Below, piece by piece: positions 20,535 to 29,551 of a DNA stretch of 64,000 bases. Positions within the stretch are counted from its first letter, which is position 1. Each line of letters begins with the position of its first letter. The stretch comes from Candidatus Azophilus sp. GTDB taxonomy: Bacteria; Pseudomonadota; Gammaproteobacteria; Pseudomonadales; Azotimanducaceae. Location of the stretch: positions 1,252,840 to 1,316,839 of the forward strand of contig CBDFGJ010000003.1 of the NCBI GenBank assembly GCA_965247035.1, written 5' to 3'. A program made the position numbers and the translations under genes. The notes beneath the pieces were generated by a model. The model was not told the origin of the DNA, searched no databases, and worked only from the letters and a program-made list of their open reading frames with translations.

Positions 20535-20909
20535 ATGGCCGAACGAAGCAAAGCCAAGCGGGTTGTGACCGATGGCGTGGCGCACGTCCACGCCTCCTTC
20601 AACAACACCATCATCACTATATCGGACCGGCAGGGCAATACGCTCTGCTGGACCACGGCCGGCGGCTCCGGCTTCCGCGGTTCGCGCAAGAGCACGTCCT
20701 TTGCGGCCCAAGTGGCGGCGGAGCGGGCTTGTGAAGTGGTCATGGACGTCGGCATGAAGAGTGTGGATGTGTTGGTCAAGGGGCCGGGGCCGGGGCGCGA
20801 ATCCGCGGTGCGGGCGCTGAATGCGGCTGGCTTGCGGATCAACAGCATCGCCGATGTCACGCCCATTCCGCACAATGGCTGCCGTCCGCCCAAACGGCGG
20901 CGAGGTTAG
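20535..20909 (+). CDS. rpsK: 30S ribosomal protein S11
   Basis: [50 protein letters not shown]...[16 protein letters not shown]. Confidence 0.98.
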   Translation: MAERSKAKRVVTDGVAHVHASFNNTIITISDRQGNTLCWTTAGGSGFRGSRKSTSFAAQVAAERACEVVMDVGMKSVDVLVKGPGPGRESAVRALNAAGLRINSIADVTPIPHNGCRPPKRRRG

Positions 20910-20941
20910 GGAGGTTATAGCAGGATATGGAAACCTAAGAC

Positions 20942-21574
20942 ATGGCTCGCTACATAGGACCGAAGCTCAAGCTGTCGCGCCGGGAGGGAACGGATCTCTA
21001 CCTTAAGAGCGGCGTTCGCCCCATCGACGACAAGTGCAAGATTGATCAGCCGCCAGGCGGGCACGGCCTGCGCCGTGGCCGACCATCGGACTACGCCGTG
21101 CAGTTGCGTGAAAAGCAGAAAGTGCGGCGGCTCTACGGCGTGCTGGAGAAGCAGTTCCGCAACTATTACAAAACGGCGGACCGAAGGAAGGGTGCCACCG
21201 GCGAAAACCTGCTGCACCTGCTCGAGGGCCGGCTGGACAACGTGGTTTACCGCATGGGCTTTGGAGCCACCCGGGCCGAAGCGCGGCAATTGGTCTCCCA
21301 CAAGTTGATTGCGGTGAATGGAAAGGCCGTGAACATCTCCTCCTACCAAGTCAGCGCGGGTGATGTGGTCGCGGTTCTGCCCAAAGCCTGCAAGCAGCTC
21401 AGGATTCAATCGGCGTTGCAAATGGCGGCTCAGCGTTCACCCGTTGAGTGGGTGGACACGGACGTGGACATCGACCATGACAAGATCGAAGGCACCTTCC
21501 GGCGTTTTCCTGACCGCGGCGAACTGCCCACCGAAATCAATGAAAACCTCATTGTCGAGCTCTATTCGAAGTAA
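20942..21574 (+). CDS. rpsD: 30S ribosomal protein S4
   Basis: [19 protein letters not shown]...[44 protein letters not shown]. Confidence 0.98.
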   Translation: MARYIGPKLKLSRREGTDLYLKSGVRPIDDKCKIDQPPGGHGLRRGRPSDYAVQLREKQKVRRLYGVLEKQFRNYYKTADRRKGATGENLLHLLEGRLDNVVYRMGFGATRAEARQLVSHKLIAVNGKAVNISSYQVSAGDVVAVLPKACKQLRIQSALQMAAQRSPVEWVDTDVDIDHDKIEGTFRRFPDRGELPTEINENLIVELYSK

Positions 21575-21638
21575 ACCGGCAAGCATTGCTTGAGGTTTAT
21601 TGAATGGCGCTTTCACCTTAGAGATTGGAGAAGCAACC

Positions 21639-22655
21639 ATGGCACAGGCATCGTCGCAGTCATTTTTGGATTTGCCCCCGAAAAAGAAGGATATTCAGCA
21701 AGTCAGCCCCTATCGGGCCAAGATCAGCATTGAGCCCTATGAGAGGGGCTTTGGACACACCATCGGCAACACCTATCGCCGCATCCTGCTTTCCTCCATT
21801 CCCGGCGCCGCCATCACGGAAGTGATGATCGACAATGTGAAGCACGAGTATGAGACCCTGAACGGTGTGCGCGAGGATGTGATCGACATCCTGCTCAACC
21901 TCAAGGGCATCGCGCTGATGCTGCACAATGTGGACGACGTCAGCATCAGCCTGTCGTGCACCGGTGAAGGTGAGGAAACCGTCGTGCGCGCCGGGGACTT
22001 CACGCTCAACCAGGATGTGGAGATCGTCAACAAGGATCATGTGATCTGCACCTTGAACAACGATGGTGCCATCCGCATGGAGGCCAAGGTCACCCGGGGG
22101 CGGGGATACGTGCCGGTGGATAGACACCAACCGGAGGAGGATGAGCCCGAGTCCAGACCCATCGGTGTGTTGCGTCTTGACGCCACCTACAGCCCCATAC
22201 GGCGAGTGTCCTACAGCGTGGAGAACGCCCGGGTGGAGCAGCGCACGGACTTGGACAAGCTGATCTTGGATCTGGAGACCAACGGCACCATTGGCCCGGA
22301 GGAGTGCATGCGCGAGGCGGAGAGAATTCTGTTTGAACAAGCGGTGTTTGCCGGCAACAGCATGCGCGAGCCCAGCCAAGGGGTGCGGGAGGAACCCATC
22401 GACCCATTGCTGCTGCAACCGGTGGATGATCTTGAACTCACTGTTCGCTCGGCCAATTGCCTGAAGGCGGAGAACATCCATTTCATCGGTGACCTCGTTC
22501 AGCGCACCGAAGTGGACCTGTTGAAGACGCCGAACTTGGGCAAGAAGTCCTTGACGGAGATCAAGGACCTCCTGCAGCAGCGAAAGTTGTCTTTGGGCAT
22601 GCAGTTGTCCAACTGGCCGGCGCAAGGCATGCGGGTGGAAGACAAGACCGCCTGA
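21639..22655 (+). CDS. rpoA: DNA-directed RNA polymerase subunit alpha
   Basis: [30 protein letters not shown], and a C-terminal domain with [46 protein letters not shown]. Trimmed to ATG 21639, which has GGAG 9 nt upstream. Confidence 0.98.
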   Translation: MAQASSQSFLDLPPKKKDIQQVSPYRAKISIEPYERGFGHTIGNTYRRILLSSIPGAAITEVMIDNVKHEYETLNGVREDVIDILLNLKGIALMLHNVDDVSISLSCTGEGEETVVRAGDFTLNQDVEIVNKDHVICTLNNDGAIRMEAKVTRGRGYVPVDRHQPEEDEPESRPIGVLRLDATYSPIRRVSYSVENARVEQRTDLDKLILDLETNGTIGPEECMREAERILFEQAVFAGNSMREPSQGVREEPIDPLLLQPVDDLELTVRSANCLKAENIHFIGDLVQRTEVDLLKTPNLGKKSLTEIKDLLQQRKLSLGMQLSNWPAQGMRVEDKTA

Positions 22656-22685
22656 GGGTCGGCGCGGAAATAGAGGAAATCAGCA

Positions 22686-23159
22686 ATGCGTCATCGAAAA
22701 AGCGGGCGTCACTTGAACCGGACCAGCGCGCATCGGCAAGCGATGTTCCGCAACATGGCCGTGTCGCTGATCAAACATGAACTGATCAAGACGACCCTAG
22801 TCAAGGCCAAGGAGTTGCGCCGGGTGGTGGAGCCGCTGATTACGCTCGGCAAGCGGGACACCTTGGCCAACAGGCGCTTGGCGTTTGCCCGCACCCGCAG
22901 CGCCGAGGCGGTGGCCAAGCTATTTGTGAACCTTGGCCCACGCTACAGCGAGCGGCCCGGCGGCTACACCCGCATCCTGAAGTGCGGGTACCGGTCCGGC
23001 GACGCCGCTCCCAGAGCCTATATCGAACTCGTGGCGCGGCCGGTCAAGGAGGCGCAGGACGCCGACGCAAAAATCGGGCCGATGGAGACGGAAGATGCTC
23101 CTGAAGTTGCGCCAACGGCGGCGGAGGTTGAATCCGAGGGCGGAACCAGCAAGAGCTGA
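22686..23159 (+). CDS. rplQ: 50S ribosomal protein L17 (with ~30-aa acidic C-terminal tail)
   Basis: [56 protein letters not shown]. It carries an extra tail, [37 protein letters not shown]. Confidence 0.97.
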   Translation: MRHRKSGRHLNRTSAHRQAMFRNMAVSLIKHELIKTTLVKAKELRRVVEPLITLGKRDTLANRRLAFARTRSAEAVAKLFVNLGPRYSERPGGYTRILKCGYRSGDAAPRAYIELVARPVKEAQDADAKIGPMETEDAPEVAPTAAEVESEGGTSKS

Positions 23160-23212
23160 AACCCAAGCGGAGGCTGAGGTGCCGCCATTCGTTTTTGGCA
23201 TTGGAGTGCAAC

Positions 23213-24214
23213 GTGATTGAGAACAGGCGCATAGGCGCATATTCGGTGAAGGCAGTCGGGCTCGGCTGCATGAACCTAAGCCACGCCTACGGCCCAGCCC
23301 TGCCGATTGACGAATCGACCAAGCTATTGCAGCAGGCGTTGGACCTCGGCTATGACTTCTTCGATACGGCTTCCTTGTACGGCGACGGCGGCAACGAGGA
23401 ACTGATCGGCGAGGCGCTGAAGCATCGGCGCGATGAGTTCTTTCTGGCCAGCAAGTGCGTGCTCGGATTCGTCGACGGCAAGAGAGCGCTCGACGGCCGC
23501 CCGGAAATCATCAAGCAACATTGCGAGGACAGCCTGCGTCGGCTGCAAACCGATCATGTGGATCTCTACTACATGCACCGGCTCGACCGCAGGGTGCCGG
23601 TGGAGGATTCGGTCGGAGCGCTCGCCGATCTGGTTGCGGATGGCAAGGTCGGCAACATCGGCATCTCTGAAGTTTCGGCCGAGACGTTGCACCGGGCTCA
23701 TGCGACCCATCCCATTGCCGCCATTCAGTCCGAATACTCTCTTACGACGCGCAATCCCGAGATCGCTGTGTTGGATGCCTGCCGTGAACTCGGCATCGCT
23801 TTCGTCGCATTCAGTCCGGTCGGCCGGGGCTTTTTCGGCGACCAGCCGCTCGACCCAGACGGTTTCCATGAATCCGATCTGCGAAGAACCCTGCCCCGTT
23901 TCTCCGACGACAACTTCGCACGGAACATGGTGCTGCGAGAAGCGGCTCGCGCAATCGCCGACAAATTAGGCTGCGGCTTGCCGCAATTGGCGTTGGCTTG
24001 GGTGCTGGCCCGGAGCGAGCAGGTTCTGGTTATTCCAGGAACCCGAAGGCTCAATCATATGAAGCAGAATTTGGACGCGCTGAAGCTCGATTTGCCGGCC
24101 GATGTGGTCGGTGAACTAGGCCGACACTTCGCTCCTGAGCGAGTTGCCGGCAATCGTTACTCGGATTGGGCGCAGAGGACAGTAGATACGGAGCGCTTTG
24201 ATTTCGAGACTTAG
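23213..24214 (+). CDS. Aldo/keto reductase family oxidoreductase
   Basis: GLGCMNLSHAYG, FFDTASLYGDGGNEELIGEAL, HVDLYYMHRLD, GISEVSAETLHRAHATHPIAAIQSEYSL and VIPGTRRLNHMKQNLDA. GTG 23213 (GGAG 6 nt upstream) is preferred over the TTG at 23195. Confidence 0.9.
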   Translation: MIENRRIGAYSVKAVGLGCMNLSHAYGPALPIDESTKLLQQALDLGYDFFDTASLYGDGGNEELIGEALKHRRDEFFLASKCVLGFVDGKRALDGRPEIIKQHCEDSLRRLQTDHVDLYYMHRLDRRVPVEDSVGALADLVADGKVGNIGISEVSAETLHRAHATHPIAAIQSEYSLTTRNPEIAVLDACRELGIAFVAFSPVGRGFFGDQPLDPDGFHESDLRRTLPRFSDDNFARNMVLREAARAIADKLGCGLPQLALAWVLARSEQVLVIPGTRRLNHMKQNLDALKLDLPADVVGELGRHFAPERVAGNRYSDWAQRTVDTERFDFET

Positions 24215-24215
24215 T

Positions 24216-24368
24216 CAGTTCGGTCTTGCCCGCAGCGCAAGAGCGCACGCCGCCTCCTTGGCGTTCTTGTTGTTGAATGAGCGCGCCTTCTCCGCAACCC
24301 GCGCGTCGAACCCCGGCAACAGCCAGGGTTGGGAGTTCCTGATCATCGACGATCCGGCCATCAAGTAA
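24216..24368 (+). pseudogene. Possible nitroreductase-family gene remnant (N-terminal motif only, no start codon, premature stop)
   Basis: The plus-frame translation ...AFSATRASNPGNSQGWEFLIIDDPAIK* resembles the conserved nitroreductase N-terminal motif (compare STNSQPWHFIV in NfsB-type enzymes). No ATG was found, and the frame ends at TAA 24366-24368. Confidence 0.3.
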
Positions 24369-24536
24369 CCGGTCGGTGACAAGGTGCTTGCCGGCATGGC
24401 GCCGTTCGACCAGCTTGGCGGGGTCGGGCAGCGGGATTTGGTCTGAGCCTCCCAACAGGGCTGCGCCATCCCGCTGTCGCGCAAACAACAGGGTATGTGC
24501 CTGGAAAGGCGATAGTTGGATCATGCATCGGTACCC

Positions 24537-24625
24537 GGAGGGGTGGCTGAGCGGTCGAAAGCACTGGTCTTGAAAACCAGCGAGGTGACAAGCCTCCCAG
24601 GGTTCGAATCCCTGCCCCTCCACCA
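24537..24625 (+). tRNA. tRNA-Ser (anticodon UGA), CCA encoded
   Basis: Hand-folded cloverleaf. The acceptor stem is GGAGGGG/CCCCTCC. The anticodon stem CTGGT/ACCAG carries loop CTTGAAA (anticodon TGA). A long variable arm (GAGGTGACAAGCCTC) fits a class II tRNA, and the T arm is CAGGG-TTCGAAT-CCCTG. Discriminator A is followed by CCA. Confidence 0.93.
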
Positions 24626-24907
24626 AAGCCGCGCTAAAGCGTTGGGTCTTTTGACCCAGCGGTTACTTATCCAACGCGGTCGGAAGGGCCAGTCAAACCC
24701 CGCTAGGGAGAGCTGGCGGTGACCGCGTGCTCGAATCATAGGTGCATGCTTTTTGCGGGCTGTGGATTATTTTCGTGCATTGTCATACCCCTACATTGCC
24801 GTGTTTTCTATTTGCGGCTTTTTTGCAGTAATCGGGGCTGCCGACTGAGCCGTGGCGCTAGGCGGCAAACAGTGACGCTTGTTCACAAGCGGCAAAACGG
24901 CGACACT

Positions 24908-25375
24908 ATGCACTTCTACAGGGCGGGAGCTAGATCGGTGGCAAAGCGTTTGGTGGTTAGTGGCGAAAGCGTCAATCTGCACACGCCGCTGTTTGATCGT
25001 TTTGAGTCCGGGCGTCCCGCTGATCTCGGCAGCTTGGCGCGGGATATCGCCGACATCCTTGGGGCGCGCCGCGCCCACCGGGGGGCGTTGCCTGGCGTAC
25101 TGAGTTGGGGGCTGCCCGATATGTCGGGGCTCACGCCCACGTCGGAGAAGGACCAAGAGACCATCGCCGCCATGGTTGAGAGGGTGATTGAACGCTTCGA
25201 GCCGCGCTTGGAGAACGTGCGCGTCATCCCAGTGCGCGACGCCGTGGACTTCACTTTCACGCTTGAGGCGGATCTTGTGCAGTCAAAGGATGATTCCATC
25301 ACGCTGCGCATACTGTCGCCACGTCGGGGGGGAGCCCTCGGCGCGGACATTGAGGTCATCGGCGGTCGAAGATGA
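24908..25375 (+). CDS. tssE: Type VI secretion baseplate protein TssE (gp25/GPW-like); alternative GTG start at 24938
   Basis: The C-terminal part of track ORF 24719..25375 reads PLFDRFESG...LARDIADILGARR...LPGVLSWGLPDMSGL....QETIAAMVERVIERFEPRLENVRVIPV...FTFTLEADLV, which follows the TssE/gp25 pattern. GTG 24938 has GGGAG 8 nt upstream; ATG 24908 has no Shine-Dalgarno sequence. Confidence 0.8.
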   Translation: MHFYRAGARSVAKRLVVSGESVNLHTPLFDRFESGRPADLGSLARDIADILGARRAHRGALPGVLSWGLPDMSGLTPTSEKDQETIAAMVERVIERFEPRLENVRVIPVRDAVDFTFTLEADLVQSKDDSITLRILSPRRGGALGADIEVIGGRR

Positions 25376-25448
25376 CGTGCGCAGGCAGTGGCATCAGGCT
25401 CATTCGCACACTTTGCTTGTGCGTCGGAACAATGGTTGAGGTGGCGCC

Positions 25449-27071
25449 GTGATCGACGACAAGCTGCTGCGGGCCTACATCGTGGAACTCGAAGCCCTGC
25501 GGGATCATGGCCGGGATTTCGCGATTGCCTTTCCGGACATCGCTTCGCGGCTCGACATCAGCGCGCAGCGATCGCGTGATCCCCATGTGGAGCGGGTGGT
25601 CGAAAGCGCTGCGATGCTGGCCGCTCGCCTGCGGCAAATGATCGAAGAGGATGCCGCCGGGCTGCCGTTGGCGGCGTTGTCGGTGCTTGCCCCTACGCTT
25701 GTCGAGCCGGTGCCTTCAATAACGATGGCACAGCTTTTAGGCGGCTCCGAAGTGCGCACAATTCCCCGCGGCACACGTTTCGACTGCTCCGTGGCTAGCG
25801 GCACCCAAGTCTGCTTCAGCACGACGATGCCGATCACTGTCGCCCCGCTCGCCACGGTGACGCGCCGCTTGGACCCTATGGCCGGCTACGCGGACGGCAT
25901 CGCCGTGCGCCTGAACGGCCGCCCGCCGAATAATTTGCTGCTGTCGGTTGGCGATAGCCGACAGTCGGGGGCGATGCTCATTGATGCCTTCGACGAGCAT
26001 CTCGCCGCAATTGAGGTCCTGACCCCAGATGGCGAGCGGTCGAGCCGGCCGGCAGCGGGCCTGCGCATACACGGCTTCTCCAACGAGGACGCCGCCTTGC
26101 CGGTGCGCCCCGGCGCTCATCAAGCGTACCGCAACCTGACGGAGTTCCTCGTTTTCCCTGACAAGTATCGACTCATTTCGGTTGGCAACCTGCCGCCGGA
26201 AGCGGGAACCGAAATCCGTTTTCTGTTCAATGCGCCGTTGCCGTTGGCAGGGGCCGTGCCGCCGAACTTCTTTTTTGTCAATAGGGTGCCCGTGGTGAAT
26301 TTGTGGCGCACCGGTGGAACGCCGATCGATATCAACGGGCGGCAGCTTGAATACCCGGTTCGGGTGGACGCCCTGCGCTACCGAACGGTGGAGTGCCACT
26401 CAGTGGAGACCGTTGATCTGTATGCGTCCGACCAATCGCGCCCACAACGGCTCGATCCCGTGGTGGCCTTCGGCAACTTGCGCGGCACCATGGTGCGCTG
26501 GGGCGTCCGTCGCAAGGTGTCCAAGCGCGGTGGCGAGGTGCTGTTGTATTTCCAAGGTCTTGACTACCGCACCTTGGGGCGGCAGCGACTGCTCGCCACC
26601 ACCAACGTCCTCGCCAGCAATCGCGACCTCGCGCAGCACGTTCGCGCTGGTACGCCGATGTTGCCGGTTGAGGGGATGGGCAGTTGGCGTGGCAGCCTAG
26701 TCAGAGCGCCAACGGCTTTCCAACCGGCGCTGGTCAGTTCCGCGGCCATGGCGGCGATGGTTGGATTCCTGCAAAGTGCCATAGTCAGCCTGCCGCCGGA
26801 AGGCCGGACGGCGGTGATTAAGGAGTTTCTTAAACGCTTTCCGGGTGGCGAGAATGCTGGCTGGATTGATGGTCTCGGGACGCCCACCCATCGGTCGGTG
26901 GCGGTGCTGCGCGGTGGGCAACCGCAGTCCGGGATCGCCATCTCTATCCCCTTCGACACCTACCGCCACCCCACCACCAGTCGCGCCGTAGTCCGGCGTG
27001 TACTCGGCCAGATATTCGACAGCCAGCGCGGCCTCAACCGCGTAGAGGAGGTTTCGGTTGATGTTGGCTGA
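25449..27071 (+). CDS. tssF: Type VI secretion baseplate protein TssF (ImpG/VasA family)
   Basis: The N-terminus KLLRAYIVELEALRDHGRDFAIAFPDIASRLDISAQRSRDPHVERVVESAAMLAARLRQMIEED matches the conserved TssF N-terminal signature (LL.YY..EL.YLR..G.EFA...P..A..L......DP.VERLLEGFAFL.AR). At 540 aa it is somewhat shorter than the usual ~580-620 aa. GTG start with GAGGTG upstream. Confidence 0.85.
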   Translation: MIDDKLLRAYIVELEALRDHGRDFAIAFPDIASRLDISAQRSRDPHVERVVESAAMLAARLRQMIEEDAAGLPLAALSVLAPTLVEPVPSITMAQLLGGSEVRTIPRGTRFDCSVASGTQVCFSTTMPITVAPLATVTRRLDPMAGYADGIAVRLNGRPPNNLLLSVGDSRQSGAMLIDAFDEHLAAIEVLTPDGERSSRPAAGLRIHGFSNEDAALPVRPGAHQAYRNLTEFLVFPDKYRLISVGNLPPEAGTEIRFLFNAPLPLAGAVPPNFFFVNRVPVVNLWRTGGTPIDINGRQLEYPVRVDALRYRTVECHSVETVDLYASDQSRPQRLDPVVAFGNLRGTMVRWGVRRKVSKRGGEVLLYFQGLDYRTLGRQRLLATTNVLASNRDLAQHVRAGTPMLPVEGMGSWRGSLVRAPTAFQPALVSSAAMAAMVGFLQSAIVSLPPEGRTAVIKEFLKRFPGGENAGWIDGLGTPTHRSVAVLRGGQPQSGIAISIPFDTYRHPTTSRAVVRRVLGQIFDSQRGLNRVEEVSVDVG

Positions 27072-28113
27072 TCAGGAACCCCGTGCGGCGACGTTCACCG
27101 ATTTGCCGACAGACGTCAAAACGACGCCTGACGCGGTTGCCGCCGTGCAGCCTGAGGTTGAAGAAAACCGCTTGCAGCATCCGTTGGCCCAAGATCTGCT
27201 GTTCAACCCTCGGCGCTGGCGGATTTGGCCCGCGGTCGCCATCCTGCGCTGGCTGCTGCGCGACGCCCGCTTGACATTGCGCGGCCTGATCTACCGTTCG
27301 AGGCCATCCTTGGGCTTTGCCGGCTCGGAAGTTGACGACATCGCCCTGCAGCCCGAGAGCATCGATCTGGTCCTGACGGCGCCTGGACTGGCGGCCGCCG
27401 GGTCGCCGTTGCCGACGGTCGACATCGCACGGATCGTCGCCGATTCGATTCCGCCCGGCCGAGGTGCCTTGGCGGCTTGGCTTGATGGCCCGGGCGACCG
27501 CTTCATGCAAGCTGTCGAAGCCGCCAAGGCACGCAACAATGCGGCCTTCGCGCTGGCCACCGGCGGGCGCATTGAGGCGCTGGCCACGGTAGCGGAGCTC
27601 GCCGGTCGGTCGGCGCCGCTGGCGGCGCGGCAGGGCGGCCTTCTGTCCACCACGTTCGATACCGAACCAGAAGGGGCAATTGGACTGGGGGCGCTGTTTG
27701 TCGGCACAATTTCCGCGGTGGGCTTGGAGACGCTGGTGGTGGGGTTCACTGAACTTCCGGCCCGCGTTGAGGAGTTCACGGGCGGCCGGGCGGAGGTCGC
27801 ATCTTCAGCGCGGCTGGGTTCTCCGGCCGGGCGGATGCTAGGTGCCGCCTGCGAATTACCGGCGGCGGGAGTTTCCGTGTTCGTGCAGGGCGGCAGCGTG
27901 CCGACGGCCCCGTCTTTGGCCCAAGGGGCTGGCCGCCGACGCTCCCTGCTGAGCCTTTGCAGGGCCTATGTCGGCACGCCTTGTCCAGAGGTGAGCATGT
28001 ACCTCGAACTCAATGCGGACAACGCGCCCCCGGCGAAGCTGGGGGTGGCCGCGCTCGGCGGCTTGGCGATCTTGGGGCAGGCGGAGGCACCGGTATGCCT
28101 GCCCCTGCATTAG
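27061..28113 (+). CDS. tssG: Type VI secretion baseplate protein TssG (ImpH/VasB family), divergent
   Basis: ~350 aa, overlapping the tssF stop by 11 nt (ATG 27061, GAGGAG 10 nt upstream). It contains RRWRIWPAVAILRWLL, LVLTAPGLAAAGSPLPTVDIARIV and ALAAWLDGPGDRFMQAVEAAKARNNAAF. These correspond to the TssG FFQAvRLLE, GL.G..GPLP and FlD.F.HR...L.yrAW blocks. Position immediately after tssF fits. Confidence 0.7.
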   Translation: MLADQEPRAATFTDLPTDVKTTPDAVAAVQPEVEENRLQHPLAQDLLFNPRRWRIWPAVAILRWLLRDARLTLRGLIYRSRPSLGFAGSEVDDIALQPESIDLVLTAPGLAAAGSPLPTVDIARIVADSIPPGRGALAAWLDGPGDRFMQAVEAAKARNNAAFALATGGRIEALATVAELAGRSAPLAARQGGLLSTTFDTEPEGAIGLGALFVGTISAVGLETLVVGFTELPARVEEFTGGRAEVASSARLGSPAGRMLGAACELPAAGVSVFVQGGSVPTAPSLAQGAGRRRSLLSLCRAYVGTPCPEVSMYLELNADNAPPAKLGVAALGGLAILGQAEAPVCLPLH

Positions 28114-28148
28114 ACCCAACGAACCCAACGAACCAACGGAGCAATGTC

Positions 28149-29336
28149 ATGACTAACTCCATCTCCCACAGCCGCCGGCTCATCTCGCGGGCGTTTGTCG
28201 CCTGCGTCCTTCTGCGGGCCTGGCCGCGCAGGCACACGCCCAGGCCTGTCTGGCTTGGCTGTTTCGCCTGGCACCTTGTCGCCCGCGTTTGATCCTGACG
28301 TTATTGATTACAGCGTCCAGGTGGCTGGTGATGTGACATCAATCGAATTTACGCTAACTTCGGATACAGATATCACCGTGGATGGAGCAGGATTTACCAG
28401 TGGAGAGACCAAGTCATTCTCTTTTGGCGCTGACCTTAATACAAAAGATTTCGTCATTATTGTAGGCACTTTTTCCGGCACCCGAGGCCACTTCGTCACC
28501 CTGACCCGCGACACCGTAGATCTCCTCAACGGAGCCGGGTTTGAACACACCGGCGGTAAGAACAGGGCGATACGACCTATTTGAATCGTGGTGACAGCAT
28601 CACGGTATTCGTGCAGTCCGACGAATCGCTGCCTGCGAATTCCCTTGTGGATGTTGCCAGATTTACCTTTTCCGGCACCCCCTTCCCGGCGCAAAGTTTG
28701 CTGCCGGTGTCCGGCATCGCGAACCGATATTCGGCGACCCGTACAATCAGAAACAGTGACCACGGAGAGTCGCTAAGTTTAGTTGTTCGCGGTGTCAGGA
28801 ACGCTGATGGCAACCTGGTGACCGACCTTACTGTAGACCTCCAAACAAGGGTAACCATCGACACCCGCGCACCGGCGATTGAACTGGCAGGCAATTCAGC
28901 CGTGACCGTTGCCCATGGCGTCGAGTACTCCGATGATGGCGTGCGTGGGCTGGATACGGCGGCTGGCGAGCAACTGGAAACGGCTGTTGTCGGACCTGGC
29001 AGTGAGACCACAGTGAACACCCGCGTCGCCGGCGCCTACACCATCACCTACACCGCGACCGACCGCGCCGGCAATACCGACACGGAGACCCGCACCGTGA
29101 CCGTGTCCGACCCGCCAGCCGCGAAGCCGATTGCCGATGCGGGAGCCGATGTCACCCTGGCTACCAACGCGGAAATGACGCTGGACGGCTCCAGTAGCAA
29201 CAGTGTCGGTCAGACGATCAATTTCTATACCTGGACGCAGACCGTCGGCGATCAAGTCGACTTAGATGTCAACGCCTTGCGCCCGACCGCGACCTTCACC
29301 GCGCCGGTTGCGGCGGCGGCTTTGCCGCCGCTTTGA
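28149..29336 (+). pseudogene. Frameshifted, C-terminally truncated secreted adhesin fragment (signal peptide + cadherin-like beta-sandwich + Ig-like/DUF5011-like + partial PKD)
   Basis: The reading frame must change three times, near 28215, 28245 and 28575. The pieces are: MTNSISHSRRLISRAFVACVLL (frame 0); GLAAQAHAQA (frame 2); LSGLAVSPGTLSPAFDPDVIDYSVQVAGDVTSIEFTLT...FEHTGGKNRAIRP (frame 1, track ORF 28195..28584); and YLNRGDSITVFVQSDESL...TIDTRAPAIELAGNSAVTVAHGVEYSDDG...YTITYTATDRAGNTDTETRTVTV...PIADAGADVTLATNAEMTLDGSSS (frame 0, track ORF 28581..29336). The joined sequence is colinear with FTHTGGVEVGTTVFFNVGDTLTAFVNSDEAL... in the 2,909-aa protein. It ends inside the PKD domain. Confidence 0.7.
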
Positions 29337-29551
29337 GTCACACTAGGGCGTAACGACATTAAAAGCCTGGCAAAGCCGGACTTGGGCGGGCAACGATAAA
29401 TCGGGCGGGATTGACCACAGAGCCCCTCCCTGATGGTATTTTTTGCCAATTCTCTGTATTTTATGGGATTCAATACCCTGAACGCAGGTTCCATGCTGGT
29501 GTCAGTGCGGGTTGCCCAAACCAACTTCATTTACATTATGAGGCAAACATC

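Noticed and set aside
11716-22625. Long antisense ORFs across the ribosomal superoperon (11716..12411, 12670..13419, 13558..14223, 17072..17998, 19050..19907, 19775..20893, 21660..22625)
   Set aside because: They lie opposite unmistakable ribosomal protein, secY and rpoA genes. Their composition is Arg/His/Gly-rich and they carry no recognisable motifs. They are an expected artefact of high GC.
24051-24626. 191-aa minus-strand ORF
   Set aside because: It overlaps both the 3' end of the aldo/keto reductase gene and the whole tRNA-Ser gene, and it has no recognisable family features.
24763-24779. Sigma54-like element TGGattattttcgtGCa upstream of tssE
   Set aside because: The GG-to-GC spacing is one nt longer than the TGGCAC-N5-TTGCA consensus, and the flanking bases do not match. 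This is not sufficient to call an RpoN promoter.
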